Below are positions 16,219 to 25,300 of a stretch of 46,201 nucleotides of DNA, piece after piece (position 1 is the first letter of the stretch; each line of letters starts with the position of its first letter). Origin of the DNA: Burkholderiaceae bacterium. Its GTDB lineage: Bacteria > Pseudomonadota > Gammaproteobacteria > Burkholderiales > Burkholderiaceae_F. The position numbers and the translations under genes were made by a program. The DNA lies in contig JBGTEW010000047.1 of the NCBI GenBank assembly GCA_041747615.1, positions 1 to 46,201 on the forward strand. Direction: 5' to 3'. The notes beneath the pieces are model-generated. The model saw nothing but the letters and a program-made list of their open reading frames with translations. It was not told the DNA's origin and did not search any database.

Positions 16219-18510
16219 GTGAATCCCACAGTGCGTCAGACCCTCGAACTGCTCGATTGTCAGTTCGCTCGGGATGGCGGTCTCTCGTACGCCACACTCG
16301 AGAAATCACTCGAGCAGGCGCGTCAGGCCGGCGATCTTGAAGGTGAAGCCGACCTAGCGCTGCAGATGGCGGTTCGACTGTCATCGATGGCCACGTTCGC
16401 GGCGATGCTGGCGCGCCGCGGACAAGAGCTGCCGGGGATGCCAACGGCGGCCGAAGCGCTTGAACCTGCGATCCCTCTTCTCGAGCGGGCGGTGGGGCTC
16501 GCCGCGACCACAGTGAATGGCAAACGCGAGACATTCGCGCGAAACCGTCTCGCCGACTGCTACATGCAGTCCGAGCAGTTCGAGAAGGCGACGGCGGAGT
16601 TCGCCAAAGCCCTCGAGCAGTGTCACATGCGAGAGGACGCGGCGCTGGCGTTCGACACGGTACAGAAGATGGGCGACTGCCATCTGCAGCTCGAGCAGGA
16701 CGCCGCTGCCCTTTCCGCGTACGAGCGAGGTCTGGAGATGGCCAAAGAGATCGACGACCCGTTCGAAATCCATGTTCAGCTCGGAAAGATCGCCAGCGCC
16801 TTGAACAACTTGAAGCGGTACGACGAGGGTCTCGCTCATTACACGGAGGCCCGCGATCTTTTGAAGCGTATTGCGGTCGACCCGGCCCTCCAACAACGAG
16901 TTTCGGTTCACAAGAACCTGTTCAACGTGGACGCCCTGCCAGGTCTCATTGCGTATACAGAGGAGCGGATCTCTCATACCCGAGAGGCGCTTGGCCGCGA
17001 CCTCCTGCGCGAGCTGCCCCATCGCTTGGCGTCGATTTCATCGGCGGCGCTGACGGCGCAGGCGGTTCCCGATCTGTCTGGCTGGCCAGTGTTTCGTGAA
17101 TTGAACCGAGCCGTGCGGGCAGCGGTTGCCGTCCTGAGCGGCATGCTCGACCTCCCGCTCGGTAAACAGGCCACTGACGACTCGGAGGCCAGAACACTGA
17201 AGCTGGTTGGCGACTTCGCCCGTCGAACTGTGGATCCTGCTGTCCGCGATCCGCAATCGCTCATGAACGCCACTCGCTATGTCATGCAGGTCGACCGGTC
17301 GCGCCGCGCCGCCATCCATCTTCGCAGGGCAGAAACCAGCGCCGCGATGCCGGGGCCGTTCGGCGGCGGCACTTCGCCACACGCGCTCTATCTCCGGTCG
17401 TTCGCCGCCACGCCGCACCTGCCACGTGTCGTCATGGAGCCCTGGGGCTTATTGGACCTCGAGGAGGTGCTGGCGTGCCGCTTCGACGAATCGCCGCTGA
17501 TTGCGCTCGGCAATCCAGAACTCGAACGATTCGGTCCGGGTCGCTCGACGACAACCGATGATAACTGGCGCGCGGTTCTCCGCGCGCTGGCCATGGAAGC
17601 GCAAATCATCATTGTCATCCCGACGCACACGCAAGGCACGTCCTGGGAGATCGAATGGGTCACGACCAACAAGTTCTTGCACAAGACGTGCTTCCTAATG
17701 CCGCCGCTCGGGCCCGGCGACGAGGTGTGGTGGGCGGACAACTGGCGTGAACTCAAGAATTGGGCGATCCGCTTCGGGTTCAATCTTCCGGACTACACGC
17801 CGAACGGATCCGTGTTCAGATTGACTTCCGAAGGGCAACTCGACGAGATCGACTTCTCAGTGATCTACGGCGACGACGACTTAAAGTTGCCGCTGATGTA
17901 CCGGCTGTTGTTCCGAACCAATCTTTCGTGGGATTTCGCGTACGGCATTCAGCAAAGCCTGAAAGCGGATCGGGCCCGCGGCGCCATCGAGGCTTGGTCA
18001 GCCGCTACAGATCATTCGAACGAGGCGCTTGGAGGTTTGCCGCCACAAGACCAGACCATGCTGGCGGCGCTCGAAGCTTCGAACCGTCTTGAGATGTCGA
18101 ACTGGTTTTACGACGCACCACAAGTTCCGGGCGAGCCCGGCGTCCTCATGTATTTCGAAAACCCATTTCGGATGATGTGGGCTGAAGCCGTGGACAACTT
18201 GAACGAGACGCTCTGCCATCATTCTGAGGGTGCGGTGAGCGGCTTTACCCGCACTTTGTTTCATCTGAAAGTCCTGAACCGCCTGACGCCCCAGCAAGTC
18301 GATCAGCTCACGAGGAAAACGCTGACCATCGAATCGATCATGAGCTTTCAGGTGAAGCAAATACTGTCGTATAGATTCGTAGTCGTGAAGGATCCAGCCA
18401 GTCGACAACGAATCGCCGAGGCGATTGTGAAGGGCGCTTCGAAACACGGCGTCCCGGAGTTCCCCCGCCCCAGCCATCGCGACGAAGCCGATCCGCGAGA
18501 CTTGTCGTAG
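16219..18510 (+). CDS. 763-aa protein: TPR-like N-terminal region + TIR/NDT-like (flavodoxin-fold) middle domain + orphan C-terminal region
   Basis: GTG 16219 lies 7 nt after GAGGAA. aa ~100-215 are TPR-like helical pairs. aa ~388-540 (nt 17380..17838) read LYLRSFAATP...LIALGNPELERFGPG...NWRAVLRALAMEAQIIIVIPTHTQGTSWEIEWV. The domain assignment comes from motif order only. Confidence 0.7.
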   Translation: MNPTVRQTLELLDCQFARDGGLSYATLEKSLEQARQAGDLEGEADLALQMAVRLSSMATFAAMLARRGQELPGMPTAAEALEPAIPLLERAVGLAATTVNGKRETFARNRLADCYMQSEQFEKATAEFAKALEQCHMREDAALAFDTVQKMGDCHLQLEQDAAALSAYERGLEMAKEIDDPFEIHVQLGKIASALNNLKRYDEGLAHYTEARDLLKRIAVDPALQQRVSVHKNLFNVDALPGLIAYTEERISHTREALGRDLLRELPHRLASISSAALTAQAVPDLSGWPVFRELNRAVRAAVAVLSGMLDLPLGKQATDDSEARTLKLVGDFARRTVDPAVRDPQSLMNATRYVMQVDRSRRAAIHLRRAETSAAMPGPFGGGTSPHALYLRSFAATPHLPRVVMEPWGLLDLEEVLACRFDESPLIALGNPELERFGPGRSTTTDDNWRAVLRALAMEAQIIIVIPTHTQGTSWEIEWVTTNKFLHKTCFLMPPLGPGDEVWWADNWRELKNWAIRFGFNLPDYTPNGSVFRLTSEGQLDEIDFSVIYGDDDLKLPLMYRLLFRTNLSWDFAYGIQQSLKADRARGAIEAWSAATDHSNEALGGLPPQDQTMLAALEASNRLEMSNWFYDAPQVPGEPGVLMYFENPFRMMWAEAVDNLNETLCHHSEGAVSGFTRTLFHLKVLNRLTPQQVDQLTRKTLTIESIMSFQVKQILSYRFVVVKDPASRQRIAEAIVKGASKHGVPEFPRPSHRDEADPRDLS

Positions 18511-19101
18511 CTCCAATGGCAGCTTTCGGGCGTTAAGGTTTGACTACTGGAGGGTCGCAAAGTGGCCGCAAGCGGACATCGGTTAAAGGAAGAGGGCGCT
18601 TTCGTTCCGTCACCGGGTGAGCTGCTCAGCGAAACCTTAACTAGGTTGCGATACTTTTTGCCCTCGCTGCAACTTCTTACGTCCCCTAACGACCCCAAAC
18701 TGTTGTCACGAACTTCTCAAAGCGGCCATTGGTTTCACAATTGCTGCCAAAACGCTATGAGCCTGTATAGTTCGCTCCTTCGTCGTCCGAAGGCAAGTAT
18801 TGCTGCCGATCGGTGAGGGTCCGATAAGGCGGCTTAACTGGCTGCTTTGCCACCCATCAGCGCAGCAATCGCGGACTCGCGACAAGGCAAGCGCTTCAGA
18901 GCTAGTGCTGATTGCAGAGACGATCGATCGCCGCGTACGGCGACCTCGAAAATCGTGTCTGATCTTGAGCTAACCGGAAGCTCGGCAGCGACGCTAGCCA
19001 CCCAACGTCAATCAGAGCTCATGCGTTTCGGCCGTGCAGGCTATCGCTCGTCAGTTAGGGTATGTCAGCGCCGGGAGTTCACGCTTGCGGCGTTGTAACA
19101 G

Positions 19102-19452
19102 TCACTCGGATTCAGAAGGGCGTCGCCAGAATTGCCCAGATGAATAAATGCGACCGTGTGGGTGGACATCCTCATAGAACGGCGGAGTCGGTGCACCAGT
19201 TCGCTCTGCTTCTGGGTCGTCGCGAAGACGCCCAAAATCGTTGGCGCGCAACTCACTTTCTGCTTCCGGCCAAGAGACGAACTGCATGCGATCGAACACG
19301 CCTGAACGTTCGTGAAAAAAGTAAGCGATACAGCCCTCGACTGAGGAGTCGTCCACGAGTGCCCAATTGGTCTGGTGGTTTTCCAGTGTCTTGTACCAGT
19401 AATCGCGGCTCTCGATCGGGACCTCGAGGCGTGCTTCGCTCGGCCGCCTCAT
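19102..19452 (-). CDS. conserved-looking small hypothetical protein (116 aa)
   Basis: ATG 19452..19450 overlaps the upstream stop 19451..19449 (ATGA). MRRPSEARLEVPIESRDYWYKTLENHQTNWALVDD...YFFHERSGVFDRMQFVSWPEAESELRANDFGRL...HPHGRIYSSGQFW. The track offers an alternative start at 19506. Confidence 0.5.
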   Translation of the reverse strand: MRRPSEARLEVPIESRDYWYKTLENHQTNWALVDDSSVEGCIAYFFHERSGVFDRMQFVSWPEAESELRANDFGRLRDDPEAERTGAPTPPFYEDVHPHGRIYSSGQFWRRPSESE

Positions 19453-20194
19453 CGCCTGGTTCCGCACAAGTCGCTTACTAGATGCCAAGAGTAATTCCCT
19501 GGCCACCTTGTGGCCAGCGCCTTACAAACCTCCAGATCGTGTTCGGTGCCGTCGAATATTAGGAAGGCTCTCGTTGTCCCGCGGAGTGCGCGCACAACGT
19601 AGCTAGGTCGGTAGCCCCCGGCAACTTGGATGCGGTCGCACAGACTGCTTAACTCGATGAGGTTGCCCCCCTTCATGCGGCCTTGATGGTGATACACGAT
19701 GACAGTACGTCCCTTTCGCCGCATCTCGCACAGCTCCGAAAAGAGAACGTACTTACGCGCGGCATGCTTCCCGACGCTGAAGGTGTCAGTTCGCAAGCCG
19801 TTGTCCGGATCAAGAGAGACTAGATCACAATCTTTCAGCGTCGCCTTAACATCGTTGAACCATGAAACCCGCTGACTTTGGCGGTTCCGCCAATTTTCTG
19901 GATGGGGATCGGCTTGTCGGCGAAGGTCACGTTGTCAAAGATGCTCGAGGCTTGTACTGCGTCGAGCTTGCGCTGACCAGCCTCAACGATCCCCCGCAAT
20001 GTGTCGTAAACGGTCGGGTCGACACCGCTCCATCGTTTGGGCTGGTTCAAATAGCTTGTGTGCTTCCCATCGGCATTGTGATTCTCATCTGTCACACGGT
20101 ACCAAGCGATGCCTAGGGCGCGCGTCCTTTGCAACCGCCGGAGAAGTGCGTACTTCAAATAGTCGCCGATGTCGCCAACGTAACGGTCTTGCAC
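19449..20194 (-). pseudogene. frameshifted gene of unknown family (N-terminal GDIGDYLKYALLR motif, later LDPDNG motif)
   Basis: The N-terminal ORF 19835..20194 (MQDRYVGDIGDYLKYALLRRL...PIPIQK) and a second frame open from about 19900 (..NWRNRQSQRVSWFNDVKATLKDCDLVSLDPDNGL...YHHQGR...) overlap. Adding one A to the AAAA run (plus-strand TTTT 19894..19897) fuses them as ...IPIQKNWRNRQ.... Confidence 0.6.
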
Positions 20195-20400
20195 TGGCCG
20201 CGGAGCCCGCGGCGTTTCCTTGTCCGCAGGTCTCAGGAGATTTTGATCGTAGGATTGTTACCGGTTTTGCGCCACGATGGGTACTGGCTTCCCATGTCCG
20301 CATTTGGCTCATGCTTCCAGACAGTCGCTTCGCGCAATGCGCCCCAGGAGATCTTGTTCGGATTGTTCGATCATGCTCAATAACAACTTAAACTTAGTAT

Positions 20401-22045
20401 GTGCGTAGCAGAAACCCGTCTGTGGAATCGTACAACTACGTCATTGTCGGGGCCGGTTCCGCCGGGTGTGTTCTGGCGAATCGACTGTCTGCGGATCACA
20501 GTGCGAGAGTTCTGCTTCTAGAAGCAGGCTCTCAGGACGACTACATCTGGATTCACATACCAGTGGGTTACCTGTTCACGATAGGTAACCCTCGCACCGA
20601 CTGGTGCTACCGAACCGTTGAGGAGCCGGGCTTGAACGGGCGATCAATTGGTTATGCGAGAGGAAAAGTTCTTGGCGGCTGCTCGTCAATCAACGCGATG
20701 ATTTACATGCGCGGTACCAGTGACGACTACGACCAATGGCAAGCACTCGGAAGTCCTGGCTGGTCTTGGGCAGACGTTCTTCCCATTTTCAAGCGCTGCG
20801 AGGACTTCTGCCATGGAGCAGATGACTTCCATGGCATTGGCGGCGAGCTACATGTCGAAGAACGGCGCGTCAGCTGGGATGTCCTTGACGCATGGCGCGA
20901 CGCTGCCGAGGAGTGCGGAATTCCGAAGATAAGCGAGTTCAACAGAGGAAACAATTTTGGAAATGCTTATTTTCAGATGAATCAACGAAAAGGGGTGCGC
21001 TGGAGCAGCGTGCGCGCATACCTGGACCCTGCTTCCAAGCGGCCCAACCTGTCGGTTCAGACGCATGCTCATGCGCATCGAATCACCTTTACAAAGTCGG
21101 ATGGTCGGCTGCGTGCAACTGGTATCGAATACTCTCATCCGAAACTTGGAACAAAGAATCGCTCTAGCGAGGCGCGAGACCATCCTTGCAGCAGGCGCAA
21201 TCGGTTCGCCACAGCTTTTGCAATTGTCCGGCATAGGACCGTTGGACTTGCTGACGTCGCTGGAGATACCTGCGATTTGCGAGCTGCAGGGAGTTGGAGA
21301 GAACTTGCAAGATCATCTTCAGATTCGAATGCAGTACAAGGTGCACGGCGTTCGAACCCTCAATGAATTGGCAAACAGCCACGTCGGGAAGCTGTTGATG
21401 GGTCTCGAGTACATGCTCTTCCGAACCGGGCCTCTAACGATGCCGCCATCTCAACTTGGCGCGTTCGCGAAGAGTGACCCTCTTCAGTCAAGGCCCAATA
21501 TCGAATGGCACGTTCAGCCGCTATCGCTAGATAAGTTTGGTGACAACTTACATCCGTTTCCTGCAATAACGCCTTCAGTATGTAATCTGCGGCCGACAGC
21601 CCGGGGGCAGGTTCGTATCAAGTCGCCCGACGCCACGAGCCACCCTGAAATAAGACCGAACTATCTGTCGACCAGTGAAGATCTGCGAGTCGCGGTGGAT
21701 TCAATACGATTCACGCGAAAAATCATGGCTGCCAGAGCGTTCGCTAAATACGCTCCTGAAGAGTTCCGGCCAGGTGTAGCGGCGCAAACAGAAGCAGAGC
21801 TCGCACGTGCGGCCGGCGATTTGGGAACAACGATATTTCATCCGGTTGGCACATGCAAAATGGGAAATGATTCGATGGCGGTTGTGGACGAACGTCTTCG
21901 TGTTCGTGGAATCGAAGGATTACGCGTTGTGGACGCGTCTATCATGCCGCTCATTACGTCGGGCAACACGCATGCGCCGACTGTAATGATTGCGGAGAAA
22001 GCAGCCGAGATGGTTGTCACGGATAGCAAAATCACCGCGGGCTGA
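20401..22045 (+). pseudogene. GMC-family FAD oxidoreductase (choline/alcohol dehydrogenase-like), frameshifted
   Basis: N-terminal part: YNYVIVGAGSAGCVLANRLS, GKVLGGCSSINAMIYMRG. C-terminal part in another frame: ILAAGAIGSPQLLQLSGIG...HPVGTCKMG...VVDASIMP. The frames meet near 21145..21165, and removing one A from acaaag gives GIEYSHPKLGTRIALARRETILAAGA. Confidence 0.75.
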
Positions 22046-22131
22046 GCTTGCCAAGTATTCGCTCATCGGGCTGCACGCGTTGGCTGCCGCGTACGCATTC
22101 CTCATCCAATGAGAGCCTGAGATGGTGAGGG

Positions 22132-23241
22132 TCAGATAGCGATATCCGCCCACAGGCAATGATGGTCCGAAGCCTGTAACAGACCTCGCTTGTCTGCCTG
22201 CGCCTGTTTGATGTCATCAAACGGTTCCCATAGTGTTGAGAAGTACCCGCGCCGATTCACATCGACCGCCCGCACCTTGGACTGCAGACCCTTCGAGAGC
22301 AGCAAGTAGTCGAGCTTGTTGGCGGCGCTGGCGGTCTTGTAGGTGCCGGGTCGGCCCTGATAGATCGGCATCGCCATCGCGTCCTTCAGTTCCGGGTGCC
22401 CCGTCAGCGCATCGAGGCTGCCCCCCGCCGGATGATCATTCAGGTCTCCCGCAACGATGATCCAGGGTGTGCGCTTGCGTACGTCGGCCACGATCTTTGC
22501 GATCTCGGCCGACTGCAGACGCCGACGTGCACCGGTTCGATCGCTTGCTTTGCTTGCCAGATGATTGCCCAGCACAGCAACAAATGACCGGCGGCCGACA
22601 TCGACGTAGAACTCGACGCAATCCCGGCCGAACACGGGCGTTCCTTTTGGCGATAGTCGATCTACGTTCGAGCGCATACCCACGAGCGGATAGCGGCTGA
22701 TCAAGCCCATGTCGATGCCGCGAACGTCGTTGCCATCGACCAGCATGAAGATGCTATGCGGAGCGCTGCCTTTGGCTTTCAGCAGTGGCCAGACGGCTTG
22801 CCGGTAGAAGCGCTCGAGCGTGGATCGGGCCTCGACTTCCACAATGAGAAGCACGTCAGGGTCGACTTCCGCAATGACCCGGGCGGTGTTGTGGATCGCC
22901 GCAGCGCCGACCGTTTCCCGCTTGAGGTCCAGCCAGCCGAGCCAGTCGGCGCGGCCATTGGCCCGGATGGTCTTGGCCTGTCCACCCCCATAGGCGGCCA
23001 GGTCACCACGGATGTCGCGCAGCAGGAAGTATTTGGTATTCGCGTGGGCCGTTGTCATGCCCCAGCGATTCATGATCCGTAGCAGTTCGGCTTTGTCGTC
23101 GGCGCTGTAGACGGGCTTGCTGGTGATGGCGTTGAAGGCGCCGTAGTCGGCGAGGATCGGCTTGCCATCGTCCCAGTTGTCGAAGTTCAGAGCGACCGGG
23201 CGGCTGAAGAGGTTCTCGACGTTGAAGGTGGCGATGCGCAT
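22132..23241 (-). CDS. endonuclease/exonuclease/phosphatase (EEP) family protein
   Basis: MRIATFNVENLF..., ...IVAGDLND..., ...SDHHCLWADI are EEP motifs at the N-terminus, middle and C-terminus. Confidence 0.8.
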   Translation of the reverse strand: MRIATFNVENLFSRPVALNFDNWDDGKPILADYGAFNAITSKPVYSADDKAELLRIMNRWGMTTAHANTKYFLLRDIRGDLAAYGGGQAKTIRANGRADWLGWLDLKRETVGAAAIHNTARVIAEVDPDVLLIVEVEARSTLERFYRQAVWPLLKAKGSAPHSIFMLVDGNDVRGIDMGLISRYPLVGMRSNVDRLSPKGTPVFGRDCVEFYVDVGRRSFVAVLGNHLASKASDRTGARRRLQSAEIAKIVADVRKRTPWIIVAGDLNDHPAGGSLDALTGHPELKDAMAMPIYQGRPGTYKTASAANKLDYLLLSKGLQSKVRAVDVNRRGYFSTLWEPFDDIKQAQADKRGLLQASDHHCLWADIAI

Positions 23242-23457
23242 CGGTGTGTGCTTTCGCTTGAGTTTTGTTCGACGCTACACCAGTAGTCCGCTCGGCGAAC
23301 CGCCCCCTGCGTAATTTGCAGAACATGTGAAGATGGGCGGGCTCGGGCCATAACCGGACCTATGCGGCCGGCCCTCGGTTACCTCGAAACCGGACGTTTG
23401 ACGGTTAGTTGGCGCGCGAGACGATGTCTGCATTGGGCATTGACTTTCCTCCCATCG

Positions 23458-24216
23458 CTACGGCGCCTCGATAGCTCTTGCAATCGCCTCTGAAGCGCGT
23501 TGCATCGAACGCCGAAACCCCTCCAGTTCGTTGAACGACCTGCGGGCGCTGGGTACCGATATTCCTAGTGCAGCGACAAGGCGTCCGTTCGACATGCGCA
23601 CCGGCACTGCACAGCCGACAACACCATCCGCCATTTCTTCATTGCTCACAGCCCAGCCGTTTGCTCGCGCGGCATTGACGGCGGAGCGCAGTGCTCGTTC
23701 GGATACGATTGTTCGGCGAGTCAGCGGCTGCCGTGGAATGCTCTTGAGCCACGTCTCAAATTCCCCTGGCGTCATTTCGGCAAGGAAAAGCTTGCCCGTA
23801 GAACAACAATAAAGAGGCGCTCGGTTTCCCTGTTGGAAATGGAGTCCGGTAGATTGCGCGGCACGCACCGTGTCCGAGTAGACGACGTCGTTTCCTGACC
23901 GCCTGCCGAGCTGGCAATGCTCGCCGAGTTCGTTCGCCAGCACCTCCAGAATTCGGTGCACCCCATCCGAACGCGTCGTTGCGGCGACAGCTGCTGCGCC
24001 GAGTCGTACGAGGTTCGCGCCAACTAAGATCTTCCTCGATGCCAGCGCGCGCTTAAGCAAGGCACGCTGCTCGAGCTGAGCAACGATGCGGTGGACAGTG
24101 GGCACTGGCAAATTGCATTGGTGCGCAATTTCCGTAATGGTTAACGCTCGATCGCTCGCAGCAACGGCTCCCAGCACAGCAAAAGCGCGATCTAATGGTT
24201 GCTCAACTGCTTTCAT
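23458..24216 (-). CDS. IclR-family transcriptional regulator
   Basis: LDRAFAVLGAVAAS..ALTITEIAHQCNLPVPTVHRIVAQLEQRALL is the wHTH, followed by an IclR effector domain. I prefer ATG 24216 (MKAVEQ...); the track starts at 24276. Confidence 0.8.
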   Translation of the reverse strand: MKAVEQPLDRAFAVLGAVAASDRALTITEIAHQCNLPVPTVHRIVAQLEQRALLKRALASRKILVGANLVRLGAAAVAATTRSDGVHRILEVLANELGEHCQLGRRSGNDVVYSDTVRAAQSTGLHFQQGNRAPLYCCSTGKLFLAEMTPGEFETWLKSIPRQPLTRRTIVSERALRSAVNAARANGWAVSNEEMADGVVGCAVPVRMSNGRLVAALGISVPSARRSFNELEGFRRSMQRASEAIARAIEAP

Positions 24217-24250
24217 TGTGCGCCGCCTCCTCGTCGGGTGCATAAAACGC

Positions 24251-24280
24251 TTGACATGCAACAGCGCTGGCCGCAAGAAT
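24251..24280 (+). promoter_or_regulatory. candidate sigma70 promoter of the ABC-transporter operon
   Basis: TTGACA (24251..24256), an 18-nt spacer, then AAGAAT (24275..24280). It lies in the divergent IclR/ABC intergenic region. Confidence 0.4.
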
Positions 24281-24294
24281 TCAAATTATAAAAG

Positions 24295-24327
24295 AAAAAC
24301 TTTCGAAAATTGGAAGTTTAAAGTTTC
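24295..24327. promoter_or_regulatory. AT-rich dyad, candidate IclR operator
   Basis: AAACTTT (24297..24303) paired with AAAGTTT (24320..24326), plus the perfect palindrome TTTCGAAA (24301..24308). It lies between the putative promoter and the SBP start. Confidence 0.3.
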
Positions 24328-24346
24328 ACCGACGAATGGAGAACTT

Positions 24347-25195
24347 ATGTTCCGATCATTGATAACCAACGCGTCCACCTTGGTCACCGGATTAGCGATC
24401 GCAGTAGCTACGACGCTAGCCGTCATTCCGGATGCGTCCGCTCAAGGGACGTCACGACTCGACGAGATCACCAAGCGCGACAAACTGATCGTCGCAACGT
24501 TCGGCACAGCGCCCCCGTTCTGCTACAGCGATGAGACCGGAAAGCTGGTTGGCTTCGACATCGACGTGGCGAAGCTGATCGCCAAATCACTGCTCGGCGA
24601 TGAGAACAAGATCGAATTTGTCACCGTCACCAGCGAGGGCCGTTGGCCGGCGGTGAACTCCGGGCGGGCCGATATCGGGCTGGCTTCGACGACCGTCTAT
24701 CCCGATCGCGCTCTTCGGGTGGCTTTCAGTCGCCCTTACATTGATTCGAGTGTGTCGGTGCTCGTCAGGCAGGATGCCAAAGTCACGACTCTTGCCGAAC
24801 TGAATAACTCGAAGTTCACATTGGCAAATCTCAGCAACCCGCAGATGGTAGATCGGCAGAAGAGGTTCTTGCCGAATGTGAAGGTTGTTACGTTCGATAC
24901 GCCGAGCGCGATGTTCACGGCGGTGAAGGCCGGGCAGGCGACCGCGATGCAGATGGATACGCCGGTCGTTGACTGGTACGCCGCCAACAATAAAGACTTG
25001 CGCGTTTTGCCGGAGAAGCTTGCCGTTATCCAGGGCAACGCCATCTTCATGAAGACGGGCGATTTCCCATTGTGGCTGTGGATGGACACGATGGTGCAGG
25101 AGATGACCGCCGGTTCGCGTTACTCCGAGTACTCGGACATCTACAAGAAATGGTTCGGTCGCAACCCGCCTCCTCAGCGCGCGTATAGCAAGTGA
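24347..25195 (+). CDS. amino-acid ABC transporter substrate-binding protein (family 3)
   Basis: ATG 24347 follows GGAGAA. Signal peptide MFRSLITNASTLVTGLAIAVATTLAVIPDASAQ, with SBP_bac_3-like motifs (GFDIDVAKLIA, ADIGLASTTV..R). Confidence 0.85.
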   Translation: MFRSLITNASTLVTGLAIAVATTLAVIPDASAQGTSRLDEITKRDKLIVATFGTAPPFCYSDETGKLVGFDIDVAKLIAKSLLGDENKIEFVTVTSEGRWPAVNSGRADIGLASTTVYPDRALRVAFSRPYIDSSVSVLVRQDAKVTTLAELNNSKFTLANLSNPQMVDRQKRFLPNVKVVTFDTPSAMFTAVKAGQATAMQMDTPVVDWYAANNKDLRVLPEKLAVIQGNAIFMKTGDFPLWLWMDTMVQEMTAGSRYSEYSDIYKKWFGRNPPPQRAYSK

Positions 25196-25300
25196 CCGGA
25201 TCATCGTAGGTCCGGCGGCAGCGGGCTTCCCCCTGCCGTGATGTCGCACGATCAGCGCGGCGCACGGCAGGCCTCCACACTTCAGTAACAGGAACTGGCG

